Source of the DNA: a virus
Direction: 5' to 3' (one strand)
DNA: 64,000 nucleotides
IMG/VR virus record: IMGVR_UViG_3300025418_000011
In this document: piece after piece, positions 44,622-54,198 of the stretch
Layout: each line of letters opens with the position of its first letter
How positions within the stretch are numbered: position 1 is the stretch's first letter
Translations under genes and position numbers: made by a program
The notes under the pieces: generated by a model
Told to the model about the DNA's origin: nothing
What the model saw: the letters and a program-made list of their open reading frames with translations, nothing else
Database searches by the model: none

Positions 44622-44941
44622 TGGATTATCAGGAAACAAACAAGCGCATCATTGAAAATAAACTCAGGGAGTGCCTTGACAAGGTCTGCCAGAGACTACA
44701 TATTCAAATAGATGAATGGAACATTGACGAAAAGCTCGCAGAGGCCATTATTCGCGAGTGGAACAAAATTCCACTGGATTATTCTGGCTACCTGCGGTAT
44801 TGGTTTAGTCAATATGACAACATATACGCAGTGGCAGAAGCCATGAGCACAAAACTAGGAGATCAGTACTTCCTTTTTACAAACCTGAACGAAGAAAATC
44901 CAACAAACATAAACAATAACCCACAAACAACACAAAATTAA
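44621..44941 (+). CDS. Hypothetical protein coupled to E1
   Basis: TGATG overlap; 106 aa. Confidence 0.6.
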   Translation: MDYQETNKRIIENKLRECLDKVCQRLHIQIDEWNIDEKLAEAIIREWNKIPLDYSGYLRYWFSQYDNIYAVAEAMSTKLGDQYFLFTNLNEENPTNINNNPQTTQN

Positions 44942-44943
44942 TT

Positions 44944-46023
44944 ATGGCATATATCAAACCTAGTCTTAAATTTGAGGGAGCTGAAACCGGCCAAGCCGTA
45001 AATACTGCTCCTTATATTCGTGAAAACGTAAGAAGGATGATCTTCAACAAAAACACCAATCAGCAAGGTGTTTATGTTTATTTCCTGAGCGGCTACAAGG
45101 CTGACTCTTTTGGTAATGGTGTATGGTACAAGTCTATCGACATCCGCGATAATTTCGGGGATAAGTTCAAGGAGAAGTACTATGTTCCTAATCGTTATGA
45201 AGACCCTGCAGAGTATTTTGCAAATAATTACAAGGGTCTTGGTTATGCAGATAACGATGAAGCAAACGCCACCGTTAATGTTAACGGCAAGCAGTTCAAG
45301 AAGTATCCGAACTTTGGTAGGATCACAAAGCGTCTGATCTTTAATGTTGTTTATGCTAATAACATTTCGGCGGGTGCTCATGTGCTGGATCTTCCTAGCT
45401 ACAATGGTGCAAGCCAGATTCTTGAATGGATGGGCAAGCTGGATGTGTCCGGTAATCCTCGTCCTATGATCAATGATCCAGAGCGCGCACTCCCTGTGTT
45501 TATTCAGCTCAAGGAGAACAGCTCTAATCCTTGGTGCATTAATATCGAGACATCTCAGCCAGCTGTACTTCCTCCTGAACTCACGGAGTCAGAGAATCTG
45601 TATAACCTGGACGATGTATTGATTGTTAAGAGCAAGGAAGAAATCATTGCCAAGCTCAGGGATATGTATCCCGCTCAAATATTTGAGCATTGCATGGATG
45701 GTTTTCCTGGCCTTACTCGTAGTGCTCGCGTTCCTGGTATAGAGCGCACCTCAGGTGGAATTAATCCCCCTGTGGCGGCTCCTGTGGTTGCGCCAGCAGC
45801 CCCAGTTCAGGCTCCGGCAAGGATACAGCCAGTATTCTCTGGACCTATTCAGAAGGCCCAGATCGGTGCACCTATCAACACAGAAATTCCTTCTGCCCAG
45901 TCAAACCAGCAGGACCAGGTGTTTGCTGACCCAGGCGAAATCGACCTGAGCAAGCTTCCACCTAACCCTATGGCTAGACTTAATTCAAAAGAAGCAGCGG
46001 TAAACTTCCTATCTAGCAAATAA
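44944..46023 (+). CDS. Putative single-stranded DNA-binding protein
   Basis: Aromatic/basic N-terminal domain with a Pro/Ala low-complexity tail, directly upstream of RecA; positional inference. Confidence 0.45.
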   Translation: MAYIKPSLKFEGAETGQAVNTAPYIRENVRRMIFNKNTNQQGVYVYFLSGYKADSFGNGVWYKSIDIRDNFGDKFKEKYYVPNRYEDPAEYFANNYKGLGYADNDEANATVNVNGKQFKKYPNFGRITKRLIFNVVYANNISAGAHVLDLPSYNGASQILEWMGKLDVSGNPRPMINDPERALPVFIQLKENSSNPWCINIETSQPAVLPPELTESENLYNLDDVLIVKSKEEIIAKLRDMYPAQIFEHCMDGFPGLTRSARVPGIERTSGGINPPVAAPVVAPAAPVQAPARIQPVFSGPIQKAQIGAPINTEIPSAQSNQQDQVFADPGEIDLSKLPPNPMARLNSKEAAVNFLSSK

Positions 46024-46030
46024 TTAAATC

Positions 46031-47221
46031 ATGGATATAGAAAAATTCCTGAACGGTATTAAGAAGGACTTTAAAAAGTCTTTCAAAGAAGAGGCTGAAA
46101 ACCTAGAGCTGAACACAGTGGACAAGGAACTTCCTCCCACAGGAATTGTTCTAGATAATCCATTGATGGAGTATGTATTCGATCGTAGGTTTGTAGCCTA
46201 CGGTCGATGCTACCTTATCTACGGAAAGAAGGGTTGTTCTAAGACCTCTTTTCTTTTCGAACTGGCTAAGGTCTTTCAGCGTCAAGGTGGTAAGTTTATA
46301 TGGGTGGAAACAGAAAATGCTCCTGACTTCGACTATATGAAACGTCAGGGTGTTGATCCTGAGAATACCATATATCACAATCCAAAGTCGTTAGAAGAAG
46401 CCCTTACATTGATCAAGGTAATCATAGAGAACATTCCCAAGGCTGACCCTGAGGGCAAGATGCCTATCATGATTGCATTAGATTCTATTGCTGGTGCTGC
46501 TACCGACTATGAGCGTGAACAAGACACCATAGGAGACACCAAGGTTGGCGAGCATGCCAAACTTATGAGTGGATTCTACAGGCACATCATTCCTTATCTC
46601 GAGAGTGAGAAAGCTATTCTCGTGGTTACCAATCAGTTAAAAGAACAAATTGGTGGGATGACAGGGTTCGGTCAGGAAAAGCCAGAAGCCCTTATTGGTG
46701 GTGAAGCCCAAAGATTTAATTCTACCTACCAGTTTAAGGTAGCAAGAACTAAAGATATTGTGCTAGACGACCACGTAGGGGTTAAGCGCAAAGCCGGATC
46801 CACACATAGCCTGGTTGTAAAAAGAAACAAGCTTGGCCGAGAGGGGAATAGCCAAAAGGTAGAGTTTGATCTATACATCAACGGAGGTATTGATTGGTAT
46901 ACTCCATTGGTCAAACATCTAGGAGAAGTGTATACCTCTATCGTTGGAAAAACAGGAGGATGGTATACCTGGAAAATTCCTGATATTAAATGGACTCCGC
47001 CGGATGGTGATGGCTCTGAAGTAGCTATCGATACAGATAAAAAATATCGTGACCAAGATCTGGCTTACGTTATAATGAATAGTCCACAGGCAAAAGAGAT
47101 TGTGAGAGAAGCATTTGGAATCCCAGATATGCCTGATCCGCAAACAGCTCAAGCCATCGAAGCTAAAAACAAGACCAGAAGAAAGAGAAAGTCTGATCTA
47201 GAAATAGATATGGAAAACTAA
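46031..47221 (+). CDS. recA: RecA/UvsX-like recombinase
   Basis: PTG, YGKKGCSKTS P-loop variant, ETENA.D, IALDSIA, VTNQL, GGEA..F.ST, VKRNK. Confidence 0.88.
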   Translation: MDIEKFLNGIKKDFKKSFKEEAENLELNTVDKELPPTGIVLDNPLMEYVFDRRFVAYGRCYLIYGKKGCSKTSFLFELAKVFQRQGGKFIWVETENAPDFDYMKRQGVDPENTIYHNPKSLEEALTLIKVIIENIPKADPEGKMPIMIALDSIAGAATDYEREQDTIGDTKVGEHAKLMSGFYRHIIPYLESEKAILVVTNQLKEQIGGMTGFGQEKPEALIGGEAQRFNSTYQFKVARTKDIVLDDHVGVKRKAGSTHSLVVKRNKLGREGNSQKVEFDLYINGGIDWYTPLVKHLGEVYTSIVGKTGGWYTWKIPDIKWTPPDGDGSEVAIDTDKKYRDQDLAYVIMNSPQAKEIVREAFGIPDMPDPQTAQAIEAKNKTRRKRKSDLEIDMEN

Positions 47222-47222
47222 A

Positions 47223-47408
47223 ATGACAGAGTATTTGGACAAACTGGCTAAGATAGCCCTGCTAATCAAAAAAATGGATTTGCCTGACTATCGAAAGTCA
47301 GTAAAACATAATGATGATTTACGTTGGCTGAAAAATAACCTCGAAACCAGGAATGGTAAGCATAAGAACTATGCAGAGGTTATGGCACTGATCAACGAAA
47401 TGATCTAA
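47223..47408 (+). CDS. Hypothetical protein
   Basis: 61-aa ORF; LPDYRK...L.WL..NL motif. Confidence 0.6.
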   Translation: MTEYLDKLAKIALLIKKMDLPDYRKSVKHNDDLRWLKNNLETRNGKHKNYAEVMALINEMI

Positions 47409-47444
47409 TCTTATAACCGGCAGACTAACCCACCTACATTATTA

Positions 47445-47945
47445 ATGCACTATATAGGTATAGATAATGGCGTTACAAACAACGGAATAGGTGTGGTTAG
47501 TTCTGCTGGTGAAGGTTACTTGTTCAAACTGCCGGTTAAGAAAAACTTCTCTTATACAAAAAAAGAGAAAAAAATAACCAGGATCGACTATCCTAAGCTA
47601 GTGGAGACTTTTAATAAAATAAAAGATTTATTCCCGGGAGAGAAAATAGAAGCTGTGTTAGAACGCCCTATGGTGAACAGCACTAGATTCGCTGCTTCTA
47701 TGAGTGCTATGCGGGCTGTGGAAGCCACGCAGATAGCTCTGGAAGCCTGTGACATACCTTACTCTTTTATAGACTCAAAAGCCTGGCAGAGGGTATTGTT
47801 GTCCGCCGAAGCTAAAGGAGAAGAACTGAAGGCCGAGAGTCTAAAAGTAGGCAAAGAGCTTTTCCCTAAGCTACCTTTTAAAAAAGATGCTGACGGAATA
47901 TTGATCGCTGAATACTCTAGACGAATGGCAAACCGAGTATTGTGA
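47445..47945 (+). CDS. ruvC: RuvC-like Holliday junction resolvase
   Basis: IGIDNG, VLERP, WQ, DADGILIA. Confidence 0.8.
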   Translation: MHYIGIDNGVTNNGIGVVSSAGEGYLFKLPVKKNFSYTKKEKKITRIDYPKLVETFNKIKDLFPGEKIEAVLERPMVNSTRFAASMSAMRAVEATQIALEACDIPYSFIDSKAWQRVLLSAEAKGEELKAESLKVGKELFPKLPFKKDADGILIAEYSRRMANRVL

Positions 47946-47972
47946 AATACTCAAAACCCAAACACAAACACA

Positions 47973-48242
47973 ATGAAGAAAGCCAAGAAAAATTCAAATT
48001 GCAACGACACCAAAATAAAGCAAGAGATTAATTGCGCCATTCAGGAGCTCATGGCTTCTGGAGACATCCCTAAAGTCAGGGGCAAGAAGCTTACTGTTAC
48101 AGACGGTTCGGAGGTTCGCTCTATGGCCTCTAAGCTGGCCTGGTCCACTCGTCGTTTCAACGACCTTCTGGAGGATTACTCTGATCTTGTGGATAAATAC
48201 CACGACCTCAAGCTCAGCGCAACCCTCGCAAAAGCTAAGTAA
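47973..48242 (+). CDS. Hypothetical basic protein
   Basis: 89 aa with C-ending codon bias and A/C leader. Confidence 0.6.
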   Translation: MKKAKKNSNCNDTKIKQEINCAIQELMASGDIPKVRGKKLTVTDGSEVRSMASKLAWSTRRFNDLLEDYSDLVDKYHDLKLSATLAKAK

Positions 48243-48266
48243 AACAATCCCAGAGATTGCCGAATG

Positions 48267-48306
48267 GGCCCACAGTGATTAATTTCGCTGTGGGCCTTAA
48301 CTTTTT
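48267..48306 (+). terminator. Intrinsic terminator
   Basis: 12-bp GGCCCACAGTGA/TCGCTGTGGGCC followed by TTAACTTTTT. Confidence 0.65.
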
Positions 48307-48320
48307 AATACCATGAATTA

Positions 48321-49073
48321 ATGCATTACGTACAACTTAACTTCCTAGGAAACTATCTAAACAAATCAAATGATGAACAACTAAATTTATTTAATAAAGA
48401 ATTATCTCCCACACAGAGCAAGAGAACGCCTACATATAGCAAGGTTGAAAAGTTTTTCTGCTCTCTGGATAGAGGTGAAATTAATAAATACACAGACTAT
48501 TGGGAATCTGTGGCTCCCAAGACTAAGTCAGAAATGTTTCAACGCTGGTTGTTTGCATTTATGAGTGTGCACACTAGCTATAAATCTAATGTCACAGGAT
48601 ATAACGCAATCAAAGATTGGGAGGATTGGATATTGGATAAGCCAAAGCTAGGAAAGCTAATCCAGGATTCTGGAGTTGGGTTGCACAACAATAGGCTTAA
48701 ATTCATATCCAGGTTTGCTGACGACTTCTGGGATAACTCTAAAGAATTCCTAAAGTCTCCTGATGAGAAGTGGACAGAGTACAGGGATAGGCTTATGGGT
48801 AGAGTGCTAGGTTTGGGACCTGCAAAAACTAGTTTTTCGCTAGAGATGTGCTTTCCTAACCAAGCATTCATCACCTGCCTGGACACTCATTTGTTTCAGG
48901 TTTACGGGTTAGATCAGGCAAAAGACATACGCCAATACGACAAGATAGAGAGCCATTGGCTAGATATGAGCAGAATGTGGAATATTCCGCCGTATATCGC
49001 CAGGTGTATCTTCTGGGATCGTAAGCAGGGTAAAGAAGACAGCAGATACTGGAGCTATGTACTCGAAAACTGA
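48321..49073 (+). CDS. HhH-superfamily DNA glycosylase-like protein
   Basis: VLGLGPAKTSF (HhH with Lys) followed by CLDTH (Asp). Confidence 0.65.
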   Translation: MHYVQLNFLGNYLNKSNDEQLNLFNKELSPTQSKRTPTYSKVEKFFCSLDRGEINKYTDYWESVAPKTKSEMFQRWLFAFMSVHTSYKSNVTGYNAIKDWEDWILDKPKLGKLIQDSGVGLHNNRLKFISRFADDFWDNSKEFLKSPDEKWTEYRDRLMGRVLGLGPAKTSFSLEMCFPNQAFITCLDTHLFQVYGLDQAKDIRQYDKIESHWLDMSRMWNIPPYIARCIFWDRKQGKEDSRYWSYVLEN

Positions 49074-49473
49074 GCTACCCCCAAAGGTACGGGTATATAG
49101 GAACCTCCATAAAAAACGTTGGAGTGTTCAACATAAAACAAAGAAAGGTTGGAGGGTGTGGAAACACACAGATGAAATAATTCTCGAGAACGCCGTACTC
49201 GATGTAAAAAATGCCGGCCGGGAACGTGTTATCTTCACAAAAAGAAAAAACGTTCATGCCTTCGTTATAGGCGAACCTACATTCGTCCGTGGTTTGACGT
49301 TAAACTCACCGAGACCAAATTTTAAAAAAGAAATACCTATAACTTATAATCCTTATGACCATGCTACTTTTATAAATAAAAACACTAAAGAATATATATT
49401 TAACGCCAAAGAAATCTTGTTGTCCTTCTTACTAAACGAAGAAAATAAACCGGAAGTCTGGGCAAATCTATAA
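49057..49473 (+). CDS. Conserved phage hypothetical protein
   Basis: VRVYRNLHK..WSV...GRERV...RKNVHAFV.G...YNPY signature. Confidence 0.75.
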   Translation: MYSKTELPPKVRVYRNLHKKRWSVQHKTKKGWRVWKHTDEIILENAVLDVKNAGRERVIFTKRKNVHAFVIGEPTFVRGLTLNSPRPNFKKEIPITYNPYDHATFINKNTKEYIFNAKEILLSFLLNEENKPEVWANL

Positions 49474-49479
49474 AACTAT

Positions 49480-49510
49480 TAGGCCATAGGGTCCGATCCC
49501 CTGGTGGTCT
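49480..49510 (+). other. tRNA minihelix-like hairpin, copy 2
   Basis: AGGCCA/TGGTCT, 5-bp TAGGG/CCCTG, loop TCCGATC; 9 nt upstream of the HNH ATG. Confidence 0.45.
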
Positions 49511-49519
49511 TAAATTAAT

Positions 49520-50065
49520 ATGCCACACAAAGATCCAAAAAAAAGAGCTGAGTACAGTAAAAAATACTATGAAGCTAATAAAGAAAAAAGAGATGAGCAT
49601 GATAAAAAATACTATGAAGCTAACAAAGAAAAAATAGCTGCACGGAAGAAAAAACACTATGAAGCTAATAAAGCACAAATAACTGAGTGCAATAAAAAAT
49701 ATCGTGAAGCTAATAAAGTAGAACAAGCTGAGTATCATAAAAAATACAAAAAAGCTAATCCGGAGATAGTGGCTAGAAATAGACTAACAAGAAGAAATAA
49801 ATTAAAAATAAGTGTAACTCAATCCCCTGAAGATAATTTAATCGTAAAGCAAATATACCTGTTAAGAGATAGGATAAACAAATGTGTTGGTATTCCAAGA
49901 CTCATGCACGTAGACCATATAATTCCGGTATCAAGAGGCGGATCGCACACTCCAGGGAACCTGCAAATACTTCCAGCTAAGCTAAATCGTAAAAAAGGAG
50001 CAAAGTTAATAAATATATCAACTAATTTTCAAAATGAAAACACTAATACTGATAATCCTGGTTAG
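49520..50065 (+). CDS. Free-standing HNH endonuclease
   Basis: YYEANKE(K) repeats, then HVDHIIP.SRGG.H...NLQIL.A..N..K. Confidence 0.9.
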   Translation: MPHKDPKKRAEYSKKYYEANKEKRDEHDKKYYEANKEKIAARKKKHYEANKAQITECNKKYREANKVEQAEYHKKYKKANPEIVARNRLTRRNKLKISVTQSPEDNLIVKQIYLLRDRINKCVGIPRLMHVDHIIPVSRGGSHTPGNLQILPAKLNRKKGAKLINISTNFQNENTNTDNPG

Positions 50066-50143
50066 TCTTTTATCAGGCTGCTGGGCTATGAGTCCTCCAA
50101 GCGGGGTTGAAACAGGAGCGGCTCCTCTTTGGATGCCTAACAG

Positions 50144-50293
50144 ATGAATCAATTAATATTCAACTATGTGATTATGTTGATGTATTTGATCAACGCAATC
50201 TGGTGGGGAGTTAAACTTAAATGGGCAGACTCCCTGTATTGGGTATTTGCATTCGGTATAACCGCCTGCGTAACATGGGGCTATAAGAGATGA
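50144..50293 (+). CDS. Small two-TM membrane protein (49 aa)
   Basis: Manual translation MNQLIFNYVIMLMYLINAIWWGVKLKWADSLYWVFAFGITACVTWGYKR*. Confidence 0.6.
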   Translation: MNQLIFNYVIMLMYLINAIWWGVKLKWADSLYWVFAFGITACVTWGYKR

Positions 50294-50446
50294 AAATACT
50301 TGAAAAGATAGACGATATCATAAATTTAATAACCATAGCTGTACTTGACCTCACTTTCAGAGAAAAGCACAGTTATCTAAAAAAAGAACAAAACCACAAA
50401 GAAACACAAATGAAAAACAAGGACACATATATCTGGGAGTTTTAAA

Positions 50447-50647
50447 ATGAATATTTATCAACAAGACGATATTCCAGAGGCGGAATTCACGGTAAAGCCT
50501 CCAATCGCGCAGGTGGGGCCTAGATATATCTTTTCACCCACAGGAAATCCCAACGATTTTGCCATCGTGGTATTTTCCAGGCCTAACATAATAATCAGAC
50601 TTCTTCAGAGGTTAATCCTTGGCTTCAGATACTACAGCGTAAAATAA
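50447..50647 (+). CDS. Hypothetical protein
   Basis: 66 aa; coupled to the next gene. Confidence 0.5.
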   Translation: MNIYQQDDIPEAEFTVKPPIAQVGPRYIFSPTGNPNDFAIVVFSRPNIIIRLLQRLILGFRYYSVK

Positions 50648-51102
50648 TGAAAAACTATATCACTGTTTGGAGAGATAAGGGACATACCAGGAAAAAAGTT
50701 CCAGGAGCAGATTTATGCGACGGATTACACTGGAGCGACGAGCGCTTGGTCTCCGGTGCTGAATATATTGTTAATATAAACCCATCACTCAGAACCGTGA
50801 GCGATAAGAAACAATTCTGCGCCAGTATTTCTGTGGGGCATAGAGCATATACATACACAGGAAACATGTGGTATAGAGATCCACAAGATGGAACCAGATT
50901 ACTGGGCAGAGATAGAAAAATATCCAGAGGATTGGTTTATGGTAGTGTTCAACATGAGAATGACTTTGATATTCATGGTTATTCTGTTGTTGGTGTTCCT
51001 GTCTCAGAAGAAGTAATGCTAGGAGCTATGAGAGTTTTTCTTCTAGCAAGAACAGAATTTACTAGTATATTTAGAGACGATGAAAACTTTGATAATCCCT
51101 GA
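50647..51102 (+). CDS. Hypothetical protein
   Basis: 151 aa; TAATG coupling. Confidence 0.55.
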   Translation: MKNYITVWRDKGHTRKKVPGADLCDGLHWSDERLVSGAEYIVNINPSLRTVSDKKQFCASISVGHRAYTYTGNMWYRDPQDGTRLLGRDRKISRGLVYGSVQHENDFDIHGYSVVGVPVSEEVMLGAMRVFLLARTEFTSIFRDDENFDNP

Positions 51103-51877
51103 TGTACACCAAAGAGTATATCAAGTAGAAAAGGCGCTTAATGGAGTAGAATACGACAAGGTTGTTTTCTTGGGGGACTGGTTTGACTCCTTCTACCAAC
51201 CTCCTCTTGTGTCTGGCTTCGAGGCTACTTGTATATTTTTAAGAGAATTAATATCTTCTCACCCCAGGAGGGATGACTTCACTTTTCTTGTGGGTAATCA
51301 TGATATTAATTATATTTTTAATAACACATCAGCCAGAGGACATAGGCATATAAAGAACAATCATTACTACGCTTCTGGATACACTCAAAACAAGTGTGCG
51401 CATTTTAGAAAAACTTTTTTTGAGAATGGATTGAAGGATTCTTTCTTTATAGAGAATTTTAAAATCGCACACTTCGAGCAGGGGTGGCTGCTTTCGCATG
51501 CCGGTTTTATTCCTGAGAGTATACCTTACGGAAGAGATATAACTTGGCATGTGGATGTTTTGCTTCCTGATGTTTGGGAGAACTTCAGAAACATATACCA
51601 CCCTAGAAATACAGCAATATGCTCTGTAGGAGTGGCTAGGGGAGGTAGAGATGCCTTCGGCGGCCCCTTGTGGTTAGACTGGAATGATGAGATGTATGCT
51701 GACCCACTTGTGGGAAACCAGATAGTCGGTCACACAACATTGAGTCAGCCAGGTAATTATATACATGTAGGAGAGAACGAAAAAGAAACAGTATGCTGGA
51801 ATCTTGACACATGCCTGCATTATGGAATATTGATTGATGGTGCATTCACTCATCACAAATATTCTGAAATACCTTAA
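51080..51877 (+). CDS. Calcineurin-like metallophosphoesterase
   Basis: PDVH, LGDWFD, VGNHD, SHAG, VGHT. Confidence 0.88.
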   Translation: MKTLIIPDVHQRVYQVEKALNGVEYDKVVFLGDWFDSFYQPPLVSGFEATCIFLRELISSHPRRDDFTFLVGNHDINYIFNNTSARGHRHIKNNHYYASGYTQNKCAHFRKTFFENGLKDSFFIENFKIAHFEQGWLLSHAGFIPESIPYGRDITWHVDVLLPDVWENFRNIYHPRNTAICSVGVARGGRDAFGGPLWLDWNDEMYADPLVGNQIVGHTTLSQPGNYIHVGENEKETVCWNLDTCLHYGILIDGAFTHHKYSEIP

Positions 51878-52124
51878 TCTTGTTATCTTCGCCATTCTCA
51901 TATCTAGGGTGTGGGCTAACGAAGATAACAAGATAACCAAGGACCCCTATGCGACCGTGTATGAAATATATGACTATCACCTGAGCCATAGCTATAGAAT
52001 GCATGCCCCAGGCGCAGATAAAACCAAGAATATATGGTTATGCGGAAAGCTAGAGGTATATCCTGATGTTTTCGGTAAAGTCGAACTACAGAAAGCAATG
52101 ACATGCCTAACTATTGAATTCTAA
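51834..52124 (+). CDS. Hypothetical protein with signal/TM segment
   Basis: Hydrophobic N-terminal segment. Confidence 0.45.
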   Translation: MMVHSLITNILKYLNLVIFAILISRVWANEDNKITKDPYATVYEIYDYHLSHSYRMHAPGADKTKNIWLCGKLEVYPDVFGKVELQKAMTCLTIEF

Positions 52125-52296
52125 TATGGAAAAAGAAACATTTATATATTTGTTAACCTTTATCGCAGTTAATTCTTTATTCATCAATGTTATATTATTG
52201 GTGAGAATAGATGTGATAAACAAGTTATTAGAGTTCATGAAGTTTTCCGCACATGTGTTGTACAAAGAACTAGAAAACTTAAAAAACCAAAAATGA
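52114..52296 (+). CDS. Small single-TM protein
   Basis: Hydrophobic N-terminal helix. Confidence 0.5.
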   Translation: MNSNMEKETFIYLLTFIAVNSLFINVILLVRIDVINKLLEFMKFSAHVLYKELENLKNQK

Positions 52297-52541
52297 AGAT
52301 GATTGAAATCTATCAATTAACAAAAGTGTTAGAAAAGTTAATGGCTAAAATTGACACTATCATAGAGCAGAATGAAACCATCATAGCCCAAAACAACCAG
52401 CGTTCGGCGGCGGATATCTCAAAAAATACAGACGTTGTGTATACCGGGCTGGGCTCATATTATTATAATCCTGACCCATATATTCCAAAAGTTTCAACAA
52501 ATCATCCAACTTGCACAGAGAATATTCCTTTTGAACTATGA
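52293..52541 (+). CDS. Hypothetical protein
   Basis: ATGA overlaps at both ends. Confidence 0.55.
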   Translation: MKMIEIYQLTKVLEKLMAKIDTIIEQNETIIAQNNQRSAADISKNTDVVYTGLGSYYYNPDPYIPKVSTNHPTCTENIPFEL

Positions 52542-53005
52542 ACGGATATCAGCAGAAAGTAGTTCAAACAATAGCAAGACACTTCGGGATTCCAAGAAAG
52601 ATTTATACTCCTGTGGTATCAAGCTCACTAGCTCAGCATAATCAAATTTATTTTGAATTATATAAGCTAGAATCAGAAAGTATTTCTATTCCCACAGAAA
52701 TAAAGTATAAAAAAATATACTCCTCTAAAGAGAAAGAGGTGAGCATAACTAAGCTCTGGAATTTAAATAAATTAAAGCAAACACTTCTTTACGCAAACTA
52801 CAATGACATAGCATCTAATGATCCAGAAGATACATTGTTTTGCTATGTTCACGGAGCTGATGTTTTTGTTATGTATAATGCCTCGGAATATAATGGTCTT
52901 GGAGGTATTTTTACAAAAGAAAATACTGATAGCAGAGAAGGTATAGTTATTGAGCTCCTAAAAAACTACCTTGAAAATAATTTCAAGAGAGAAGAGTGCT
53001 GTTGA
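52538..53005 (+). CDS. Hypothetical protein
   Basis: 155-aa ORF. Confidence 0.6.
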   Translation: MNGYQQKVVQTIARHFGIPRKIYTPVVSSSLAQHNQIYFELYKLESESISIPTEIKYKKIYSSKEKEVSITKLWNLNKLKQTLLYANYNDIASNDPEDTLFCYVHGADVFVMYNASEYNGLGGIFTKENTDSREGIVIELLKNYLENNFKREECC

Positions 53006-53033
53006 GCCCCCCTGGGTTAGCATTAAAATTAAT

Positions 53034-53042
53034 TGGTATAAT
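53034..53042 (+). promoter_or_regulatory. Extended -10 promoter TGGTATAAT
   Basis: TG-n-TATAAT in the intergenic gap; similar sites at 7561 (TGGTATAACT) and 54605 (TGGTATTAT). Confidence 0.45.
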
Positions 53043-53143
53043 ATTTTGTAGTCGCCTACTTTTGGCCTGGGTTAATTTCTTCTAATGTTAGAAGAGCCCA
53101 GGCTAATTTGTTAGCGATTAACACCCCAAAGCCAGATATACAC

Positions 53144-53995
53144 ATGATCCCTATTCCAATATCCGACGAAATCAGAAAAGCGGTTGAGCAGGCAGAGGCA
53201 CAGAGAAACTCAGTTAACCCTACCGAAGTAGTTGAAGTTCTGGATAGTAACCCCAAGGCCATGACGATCGATCAGATCGCTGATAAGCTTGTTAGTGGGT
53301 TGCATTTTGCGAAAAGGGGTGAAAAGAAGCAGGCGAAAGTTAAAACAAAACCGATTAATAAACCTGAATTTGCCAATAAGGTAAAGCACAGGATTTTAAG
53401 CAGCATCAGACCGCCACGTACACTGCTAGAGGTTTTGGAGAAGACCATAGCAAAAATAAGTCTTAACTCTGACTTTGCCTCTAGGTACGAAGCATTGGCA
53501 GAACTAGGAAAGCCTAAGCTAACAGTGCATAACACATATGTAGCAAAGATAGACGAAAACAGGCTTACATATGTGGAAAGCATAGAGATGCTTTCGGAGC
53601 TGTTAGGGCAGGTAGATGAGAACCTGGTTAAACGTGAAATACACTATTACGGTAATGATAGGCACAGCGTTAATCTTTTTAACGTGCCTCTGCCCAAGGG
53701 TTACCTAGCATCTGTGGGTGTAATTCACCTGGAAGACGTACCAAAGAGAGTAGTTCAGCAGGGCGATGTTTTTGTTAATGAAATGCTTGGACATATGCAT
53801 ATGTTCAGCAGTCATCCCCCTATGCTAGCGGATAAGTTTAAAGACGGACTTTATAATTCAATCAGTTTGAAGATAAATAAGTCTGATTCTACACTTATTA
53901 GCTGGATGCCTGGACTAGATCCAAAGCATATGAAGTATATGGAGTTTAATAAAAACCTGTGTATATTAGGGTCAGTTAAATGCGAAAATCAATAA
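53144..53995 (+). CDS. Hypothetical protein
   Basis: ATG at 53144 (TTG alternative at 53108). Confidence 0.65.
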   Translation: MIPIPISDEIRKAVEQAEAQRNSVNPTEVVEVLDSNPKAMTIDQIADKLVSGLHFAKRGEKKQAKVKTKPINKPEFANKVKHRILSSIRPPRTLLEVLEKTIAKISLNSDFASRYEALAELGKPKLTVHNTYVAKIDENRLTYVESIEMLSELLGQVDENLVKREIHYYGNDRHSVNLFNVPLPKGYLASVGVIHLEDVPKRVVQQGDVFVNEMLGHMHMFSSHPPMLADKFKDGLYNSISLKINKSDSTLISWMPGLDPKHMKYMEFNKNLCILGSVKCENQ

Positions 53996-54198
53996 TATAT
54001 ATTTTCTCAGGACTTGTGGTGCTGGGAGTAATAGAGCTATGCGATAAAAACATATCTATATATGCCGCCGCATACATAGCTTTTGTGGTACTTCTGAGCT
54101 CTGCTGTGCTTATAGGTGCAAGAATAGCGGCCCATAAAAATATGGGTTATCGTGTTAATAACATACCAAAGATGAATTATAGTGGGAAAACAAAATGA
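53980..54198 (+). CDS. Small two-TM membrane protein
   Basis: Two hydrophobic segments. Confidence 0.5.
   Translation: MRKSIIYIFSGLVVLGVIELCDKNISIYAAAYIAFVVLLSSAVLIGARIAAHKNMGYRVNNIPKMNYSGKTK

Noticed and set aside
49400-50141. Group I intron around the HNH gene; minus ORF 49400-49738
   Set aside because: No interrupted host gene and no P7/P3 core found; the minus ORF is the antisense of the YYEANKE repeats.
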